Of a DNA stretch of 64,000 nt, positions 52,173 through 64,000 are shown piece after piece. Below the pieces are notes generated by a model. That model was given only the letters and a program-made list of their open reading frames with translations. It did not search any database and was not told the DNA's origin. The stretch is from NCBI RefSeq assembly GCF_009914755.1, contig NC_060925.1. The stretch is one strand, 5' to 3'. Position 1 is the stretch's first letter, and the number at the start of each line of letters is the position of its first letter. The position numbers and the translations under genes are program-made. This DNA is from the human T2T-CHM13v2.0 reference genome, Homo sapiens.

Positions 52173-54758
52173 TTTCGACTCCAGAAACAGAAGAACTAAA
52201 ATGATGACTTAAAAATCTCAATGGGTCACAGAAGGTTTGCATCAGTGTGGAAGCAACAGCTAAATAGCATATGAAAGGGTAAGAAGTAATATTACTCCAT
52301 TAAATTGCTTCAGATTATACTTTTCCAAGCACTTATTGGAAATCTACATGTGCCAGGCCACACACTAGGTATTTTCACCAGTATCACATTTATTCTTTAG
52401 AGAAACTGTATGAATACTTATTCTTTATAAGAAAACTACAAGTCAGTGAGATTAAGCAACATAATCAAGGTAACACAACTGATAAGAGCAGAGGTGTTTT
52501 CTTACTCAGTTTCCCTCTATTACTTACTTGTTCTTCGGCAAAGGATGAAACGCATGCAAAGGGTGAACAGCATGTTTGAATGTCACAGTCATGAATTCAG
52601 TCTTTCAAAAAATGTAATTTTTACTTCTAAAACTGAATGCAATTTGGTTTACAACATTCGTTTTTAACTAAAAGAATTTATCTTACCAACTCAAGGTAAT
52701 ATAGCCTCTTCCAAGATAAACATGAGTCAAACCAAGTTTCCTCTCTCTCTCTCTCCTTCTTCTCCTATCCCTGAAATAATATAAATTCTAAGTGGCCTCA
52801 CATGTTTTCCTGGCACTGAGTCAAGGATGTCTTGTCCATGTAATGTATGCTGCCATCATTGGCCATCATCAAGGCCAGCTGATCTTTCCTCGTCTAGGTA
52901 TCATCCTTTACCTCTATTGCATCTGCTACTGATGTCTCTGATCTGCCATGACATCCAGCTGACAGGTCCACATTCAATATACCTCTTCTTCCTATGGTGA
53001 GACCTCTTCTAGATCACTGGTCTTCACATCTGCTTTCCCATTTTCATTGTAAATACACTAACTTTTAAAATCCCTTCATCAACATGCTTGGGTGTGCAAA
53101 GCTATGATACTACCCTCAAGCAGGTCCACTAAGTCCTTCATGCAACCATTGATAATTCATGATTCTGATATTCCAAGAGACTCTTGTTACCTTGCTGGCT
53201 GTGCTGTGGGAAAATTATTCCATGGTATATTCAGCACTGAGATACCTACAAACTTATGTGATATCTGCAGTCATACATTTTCCCTGGACAAAGCTGAAAG
53301 ATATGGCAAACACTGGATTTATTTCCAAAGACCCAATAGCCGTTAACTGAATGCACCTTTCCTCCAGTCTCTTTTCTGCCCTGTAGCTGAATGTATCTTC
53401 ATGAATTTCTCCCAGAAAGAAAATAATTAAGTACAAGTTCTGTGATACATAAACTTCCTTGAGGCCGGACAAGGCAGATGGGGAGACTCCCTATTATCTA
53501 TCTAGAGAGTTCTTATGTATGAAAAGATTTTGGCAGAATATACATAGTTTGTCTAAGATTGTTTGTACTAAGTGAACGAGGAACCTATGAATTTATAGCA
53601 TATGGCTCTCTAGAAGATGTCACATAAGCTATACAACCATCTGAAATAATTTGCTATGACAGTGTGTCATAGAAAAATGGTTCTCTCCTGTGCCATTTAT
53701 GCAGCCACAAATATCACACAGAGGCCTCACATAGTAAGCCAACCCAGAGCACATTCTGACTGACAAGAAACAAACTGGGTAACTGTATTGAAGGTCCTAG
53801 ATCTCTCCATGTTTTACCTACACCTCATGATTACATCTTCTCAGCATGATAGCAACACTTGTTATTGGGTAAGACTTCTTACTAGTTTGAGTCTGCTTTG
53901 ACAATCCAGTGCTTTGTGTTATTGAGATTCATTACCAATTCCCTATGATTGGTATAAACCCTATGCTCTGAGTCACTCACATTAGGGCTGTTGATGTTTG
54001 TAAATAAGATTACAAAATTCAATAAACACTTTTCTCCTGCAAACACCCTTTATTCTTACAATTAAAAGTAGGAGTGCTTTTGAATATTGTATGCTTGAGG
54101 CAGTGGACATAAAACACCCTTACTGATGTTTGAATGGTGAGGGGAAGAGTAAGGATAACAAGAACATTAAAATACATAATCCAATATACAAAATATGAAC
54201 CAGTACTTTTATTTCAGGTGTTTATTATGGCACTATCACCACATTATCTTTAAAATATATTAGAGTCTCACTTTTATTACTCTTTTCTCCCTGAGACTTA
54301 AACTAAGTGAATATTTAGCTATTTTAGACAGATTTCAAATAATTATAAATGTGTTGTTTATAAATAATACGATGAAGAAATTGACAAATTCCTGTTACCA
54401 TATATTTTCCAGTATTGTTTAAAAAACAAATATGAATTATTACATCTCTGCACCATCTTGTCAAGAATATGTACAGAAAAATTAAGTGAAATATTCAATT
54501 ACAATAACAATCAATTGTGAGAATCTGGTTTGTTGAACTCTTATAAAGGAGTTTCTATGTAAGTGTTTCTGACATGATTCAAATACAGGAAAACTCACAG
54601 GTACAAATATATTTCTAAATATGGCATAAACGATCATTTTATAAATAAAAAAATCACATTCATTGATCAAAACCCAATAAATCTAAAATTCTAAAGTTCT
54701 CATAAATTTCAGTATGGAAACTCCCTATATAATCTACACCAATTTGCTATTTACATTA

Positions 54759-57307
<2,549 letters not shown>

Positions 57308-57487
57308 ATATTTTTGCTATTAAAATTAAGTATTTCTCAACTGATAACTATTTAGTAATTCATTTTTTATGTTTATTTTGGTATTTTTCCTTATCAACAA
57401 TGTCAGAAAGCTAAAAAAATTCTATAAATGTGTAAAGAAGAAAAAGTACAAAGTTCTTAAAGATGAAATTTAGAACCTCCACTAGGC

Positions 57488-57895
57488 AATGTCCATCAAT
57501 GATAGACTGGATTAAGAAAATGTGGCACATATACACCAAGGAATACTATGCAGCCATAAAAAGGATGAGTTCATATCCTTTGCAGGGACATGGATGACAC
57601 TGGAAACCATCATTCTCAGCAAACTAACACAAGAACAGAAAACCAGACACCACATATTCTCACTCACAAGTGGGAGTTGAACAATGAGGACACATGGACA
57701 CAGGGAGGGGAACATCACACACTGGGGCCTGTCAGGGGGTGGGGGGCTAGGGGAGGGATAGCATTAGGAGAAATACCTAATGTAGATGACCGGTTGGTGG
57801 GTGCAGCAAACCACCATGGCACGTGTATACCTATGTAACACACCTGCACGTCCTGCACATATAATCCAGAACTTAAAGTATAATTTAAAAAATAC
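57488..57895 (+). mobile_element. L1PA7/8-like 3' end fragment
   Basis: aatgtccatcaatgatagactggattaagaaaatgtgg...gcagcaaaccaccatggcacg...cttaaagtataat. Confidence 0.93.
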
Positions 57896-58957
57896 AATAA
57901 GCATTAATTAAAAATAGTTATAATAATATTTTCTATAATCATAATTTTTCAATTAAAAAATTTGAATTTCTATGATATCCTATAAATATGCCTTGCTTAA
58001 GAGAGACTGGTTTTTTTTTTATCACTGGAAGAAAGTGTCAGAATTTAACTTTTTGAAATCCAGAGCTTTCTATAGGACCTTGAAGAGTGTAATTGTGACA
58101 GCAATTTTTAAGGCACTCTATTTTAGTAAAAGGAAGTGACAGTGTGGCCCTTGGCAAACCTACACATTTAAATAAAATGTAAAATGATGCGATTTATATA
58201 TAAAACATTTCATGCCAATGATATGCTATTATATGATAATGTCAAGTAAACTTTTGAAGCTTGATAACACATGTCTACATGGTTCAAAACTAAACGCAGA
58301 AAAGCCAAACAGCTGTTTAAATTCACATTGTTTTATGTCATGTTATTATAGAACACAAAGGGTTTCAAACAACATTTAGATAAGACGCTTCACTAGGTAA
58401 GACCTGTTTTACTTTTAAAGCAGAATTTCCCAGGTAAAACCAACATTCACAAGTGAAACAATAAACTAAATGTGTTTGTTACTAGAATTATATTTTGTGG
58501 AAGTATATCACATGGTGCAGTCTATAATTTAGAATAATTTTAATATATTATAAAACATCATAATATATTAGATTATGCACTCTTTTATACATAATCCTAT
58601 TTACTCAGAGTATTTTATATAGTATGGATGACTATAAATAATTCAGAAACGTCTCTACTCTTCCATGCACTTAGATACATAGTCCAAATGTACCATCCTT
58701 GTCTGTAGCACAGAAAAATTTAACTTATATCTGTCAGTATAAGAAGAACAAGAGGAAGAAGAAGAGGAAAGAGAAGCAAAACAGCACTGCTAGAAATTAA
58801 GAATAAAAGTGACTTTTGGATAAAATAATATCAATATCAAAAGAACAATTTAGCTTTCAGTCTGTGGTCAGCCTTGGATAGAAAGTCATCTTCTGTGTAT
58901 TCCTCAGCAAATAAGGCTCATACCCTAACTTTTCTTTGTCAACTCAGTGTAGAAAGT

Positions 58958-59196
58958 CAATGAGAACACATGGACACAGGAAGGGGAACATCACACACCG
59001 GGGACTGTTGTGGGGTGGGAGGAGGTGGGAGGGATAGCATTAGGAGATATACCTAATGCTAAATGACGAGTTAATGGGTGCAGCACACCAACATGGCACA
59101 TGTATACATATGTAACAAACATGCACGTTGTGCACATGTACCCTAAAACTTAAAGTATAATAATAATAAAATAAAAAAATAAAAATAAAAATAAAA
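58958..59196 (+). mobile_element. Young L1PA (PA2-4-like) 3' end fragment
   Basis: caatgagaacacatggacacaggaagggg...gctaaatgacgagttaatggg...ctaaaacttaaagtataat, A-rich tail. Confidence 0.93.
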
Positions 59197-59449
59197 TGGG
59201 GCAAACAGTTTTTAATTAACCACATGTGTAAAATGCCTAAAAGTTTATAACTTTAATAAACAAGGAGAATATTATTTTATAAATCCTGTTTTATTGATTT
59301 AAATTATATTTCTAAATTAAAATTCAGTTCTGTAAGTTTATGAGTTTAGAGCAGTGTTGTTCAATCTAGAACCCTGGACTCCAGGGTTCACTCCAAAATG
59401 AGTTCAAATGTAACTACAGTGATGCTAATGATTGCATTGATAAATAATG

Positions 59450-59670
59450 AGAAGTAACATTTATTGTGTGCCTACTTTGTTCCGGAAACTCTGCCACGCA
59501 CTTACATTTATTAAATACAACAAAAGTATGAAGTCAGTGTCCTTAAAACTACAGAGGAGGATATTAAAGCATGGGGAGTTGATGAAGCCTCATCAATGTC
59601 ACTCGGTAAATGGCTGAGTTTAAATTTCAACCCAAGCAACCCAGCTATTTTAGTCAATATGCATACCACT
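59450..59670. mobile_element. MIR fragment
   Basis: taacatttattgtgtgcctactttgttcc...tacagaggaggatattaaagc. Confidence 0.55.
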
Positions 59671-62062
59671 TTTCAATAGAGTTATGGAGACTGTGTGAGC
59701 TATTTTCACTTCCAAATTTCCCCTACAGATATTGCACATTTATTTATTTTGGATGAACTGAGTAAAACACTGTTTCTTTGACTTTCTTCAAAATTGAGAA
59801 ACAGTTTGGAGTGACAACACTAACTGATGACAAATTCTGATAATACGTCTGTAGACATCCATGACACAAAGATCACTTATCCTTCATGTAACAACCAGTT
59901 GGTAGGGAAGTTAAAACAAGAAAATCTAGTTATCTTGATTTCTTTCCAACATGTTCCTGAACTTCCATCTACTTTCCTTAATATAATAGCATATCAGAAT
60001 TTCCTTCACATGATGTTTTATATTTTTCACTGCACTTTCTAACCTGAACACATTTGAAATATCTAGAGCTAATGCTTTATAGACTTGCAAACTTTTAAAG
60101 TGGTTTATATGCTCAAAAAATATGAAACAACGTAAAACCCACTTTTTACCCAGTCAGCCCATCCTTTGGTAACATATTCTGTTTCTTCCATCTAATTTTA
60201 AGGTGCCCAGTTGCAATGGTGTATAACAACCTGATAAGGTTTCATTGCAAAATTCAGTCACAAGGTAGGTCAATCTGAAAAAACTAATGTTCACATAAAT
60301 CCGATCTGGATCAAAATTTTTATTGTAGACATGAAAGTAAGCTAGGGTTGGGGTAGAAATGAAAGAGCTATAGAAATGTAGCACACTCATAATCTTTCAT
60401 TTCTGCCCTGGAGAGGCTTGAAACGTTGAAGCCAGGAAATAGAATATGATCAAACATCTCTGCTTGTATGTGACTAAATTGATAAAAGCTATGAAAACCT
60501 AAATATAAATTATAAAGCACATTTATGAAGTCCTATCAAACTCAATTGTTATTTTCAAGTGCTTTAAGCAGAAATTCTGAACACTGAATAATGGCCCAAT
60601 AAATGCTTAATGAAGGAATGAATATATGGTTCTACCAAACCATGCTTTATCTTTTGTGATACTTTCTCTCACATCTCTGAAATCCACATGAAGCCAAGAC
60701 TTGCAATATACTCTGAGTGATTTGTGTGACAAGGAAAGGTGTTGTATTGCTCAAAGAAGAAATCCTACATATTTTGAATATTGCTAAGTTCTTTAAAAGC
60801 ATAAACAAAAAATGCAGTATATGTCATAAAATTATTTGTTTTCAGTAGGAAATCATCACATCCCACAAATTATTCATTAATTATAATTGTAAAAAAATTC
60901 AAAATGGTTACACATTTGACATGTTAAGCAATATAGTTACTTTAAATTGTCATTTGATAGGTTAAAAAAATGGAGACAATTCCAAACCAAATGGCCAGTG
61001 TGTATAGCCATTTTAAGCTTAAATGATTAAGAAAGATTACGCAGCACAGAAAAACACCAGTTGGTTCAGGCTTTCAGACGTTGGAAATTCTATCACATAT
61101 AGATAAGAACTGAAGAAAGAAAGAATATCATCTCCTAATTTCATGCACTGAAAACCTCATCTTCATGGCTGTTACTGTTTTGGGAAGACTGGGAATGCTG
61201 GAAATACATTCACAGAAGCAGTTTTAAATTGTAGGTATTGAATTGCATATTTGTTCAAATATTATGCATCCACTGATCAGCACTCCCCCAAATTACCTAG
61301 ACTGTGAAGGGAAACACTTTTCACATGTGCTTATAATGGCAACGTATCATAACATCTTTAATTCTGGTTTTGATATAAATAAACAGAGCAATTGGCAAAT
61401 GTGCATAAGTTTTCTCTAAATATCCTTTTTGCTATTATTTGACATAAAAAGTTAAAATTATCTCTCAATAACTATCTCCTTTAATGAGCAATTTACTATA
61501 AAAGTTAAAGATTCAACATTTGTTGTCCTTAAAGACAAATACAGCATGAATATCAGCTCAATGAAGGAAATGGAGACACAGCGCTTCCACAGCTGCTAAA
61601 GAAGGGATGGCTGGCACAACTCCTGTTTCTGCCCTTCAGCAGAGCTATAGTTCCAACCACAGCAACAAAATAAGTAGTAGAAGAATTATTCTCTATTTGG
61701 GGAAGAAAAAGTTTAAATTTAACTTAATCATGAATTGCAACATTTTCAGAGATGGATACACAGAAAAATAAGCTTGAGCAGTGCTACTCAGTGTCCTCCA
61801 GGGACCAGTGCTGGCCAAAAAAATCTTTTCGCAGTACATGGAGAGACAAGGAGCTTGAGGCAGAATATAAATCAACCTACATAGTCATGAAGAAGTATTT
61901 AGTTCAACTGTCATATTTTTCACATTTTCACATATATTGCAAGACTTCCTCAATGAAAGAAACACTATACAGATTTACATTCTGGAAAAAGCTCCTTATC
62001 ACATTCTAGACTGGTAATAGACATTCCATGAACCAGGTGCTATAAATAACACTGAGCTAAAG

Positions 62063-62286
62063 CAGGTATCAGGAAACTAAGACCTGTGGACCAAATCTGA
62101 CCAACCACCTGTGTTTGTAAATAAAGTTTTATTGGAACACAGTCATGCCCATTTGTTTACTTATTGTCTACAGCTACTTCCCACCACAGAAGCAGAGTTA
62201 AGTGCTAGCAGCAGAAACCACCTGGTCCACAAAGCCTAAAATATTTAATATCTGGCCTTTTACAGAAAATATTTGCTGATCCCCAA
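62063..62286 (+). mobile_element. MER58A DNA transposon
   Basis: tttgtaaataaagttttattggaacacagtcatgccc...aaagcctaaaatatttaatatctggccttttacagaaaa. Confidence 0.9.
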
Positions 62287-63095
62287 GCTCAAGGACAAGT
62301 ATTTTCTTGCAAGCTTTTGAAAAGGAAAGTTGAAAATCAGAACTAATCATCAAAACAGACACATGAATAATAAAATACCTTCAAATATGAATGTTAAGAT
62401 ATATAATATTTATTGTGTGACCTTCTGGGAGAAATGGCTTCGTCTTTGTGGATCCCAAAGATATAAGCCATTATCCAATTTGAGAAGAAACATTTATTCT
62501 AACCAGACTCACTAACTTGGATAACAAGAGGAATTAAATATTTCTAGAGAAATCATATTGGTTGTTCAGGTTTGAAGCTGAGCAGTATTCAATGTGAAAT
62601 GTAACAGACGTAGAGAATTTTTTTATTCCCTTTTCTCAGGGTATGAATGAGTTCTGCATCTGGGAGGTATTTCTGTTCCTTCTTAGAAAGGCAGAGCATC
62701 TTCCAAAACTAGCCATGAGGGACCTTCAAAAAAATGTTATAACAAAGTTATATCCTGGATATATAAAATTGTATTTCAGAAAAGGTAAATTGACAAAACA
62801 TAAATGAAAATGAACACATCAGAAAGACCTTTTCCCATTTAATTTGAAATATGTATTTGAATTATAAGACATTTTTATTTCTCTCAACCCATACTAGAAT
62901 ATGTTATTATTTTCTCTCTATTCTACACCTTAAGGAGGCTGTCATGAGAAAATTTTATTTAATTTGAAGAAGCAATGACTTATGTACATAAGTATCTATG
63001 TGTATATACATATGTAGGTAGGGAGATATGAAGGAAAAGAAAAATCTTCACATCTTGATTAGTCAAGTGGAGAGGAAATTTTAATATTATTTATG

Positions 63096-63442
<347 letters not shown>

Positions 63443-64000
63443 TTAAATGTTCTAATTAATTTGATTATATTTATATATGTGGCTTTAAAAATATATAAGC
63501 TGGTAAAAAACCACTAGTTATTGTTATAAAATGAAAATACAGAGACAAGCTAATGAGGTTTTCTTTCAAATCACCAGAGAAGCATTCAGAGGCTGGTATG
63601 ACTCAGTGATCGTTAATTAAAAAGAAAAATGCTCTAGTTTGTTTTCCAGCTTATGTTCTAATATTAAGGTGATAAGTCTATCACAAGGAAATATCATTTT
63701 GCACTCATACAACATGGGTCAAAGGACAATGCGTGATGCTTCACCAGGGAGCTGCAGGTAAAGCAGATATCGCCACATGCACTGCTTCACCTTTGTCCAC
63801 ACTCTTCCCAGATGGTTGGACAAGAACATATAATAAATATAAACAAGGCAAGTCTTGCTGAGGAAGTTTTGCAAAAAAGTCAGCCTGAAGCCTGAGGCAT
63901 CTGGAAGATGGAGGCTATGTATTAACACAGAAAGGATCCATTATATATTCTGGCATGAAAAATAGTAATAATTTGCAAAATAGTGAGTTAGCATGAGTGT

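Overview
AT-rich, repeat-dense primate (most likely human) genomic DNA. The only protein-coding sequence is the last coding exon of RGS21 (+ strand, 8926-9129), followed by its 3' UTR to about 10310. From recall, this places the window in the 1q31 RGS cluster. Bases 1-8925 are intron, and the remaining ~53 kb is gene-poor flank made of Alu, L1, L2, MIR, LTR (THE1, MLT1, MLT2, LTR40, ERV1-type) and DNA-transposon (Tigger3, MER58) remnants plus microsatellites. Repeat family names come from recalled consensus sequences and need RepeatMasker/Dfam confirmation. I found no evidence of a new gene or novel multi-gene system; the other long ORFs are explained by repeats. The structures that annotation does not explain are: (1) a ~340-bp diverged direct copy of the distal RGS21 3' UTR about 5.1 kb downstream; (2) a ~113-bp, ~95% identical inverted repeat in apparently unique DNA around a 459-bp spacer (51489-52172); (3) templated-insertion and fold-back scars at (TA)n tracts; (4) two 5'-inverted (twin-primed) L1s; (5) a tail-less internal Alu patch inside an L1; and (6) a TSD-bounded, internally deleted old L1 carrying nested Tigger3/THE1/MLT2 insertions.
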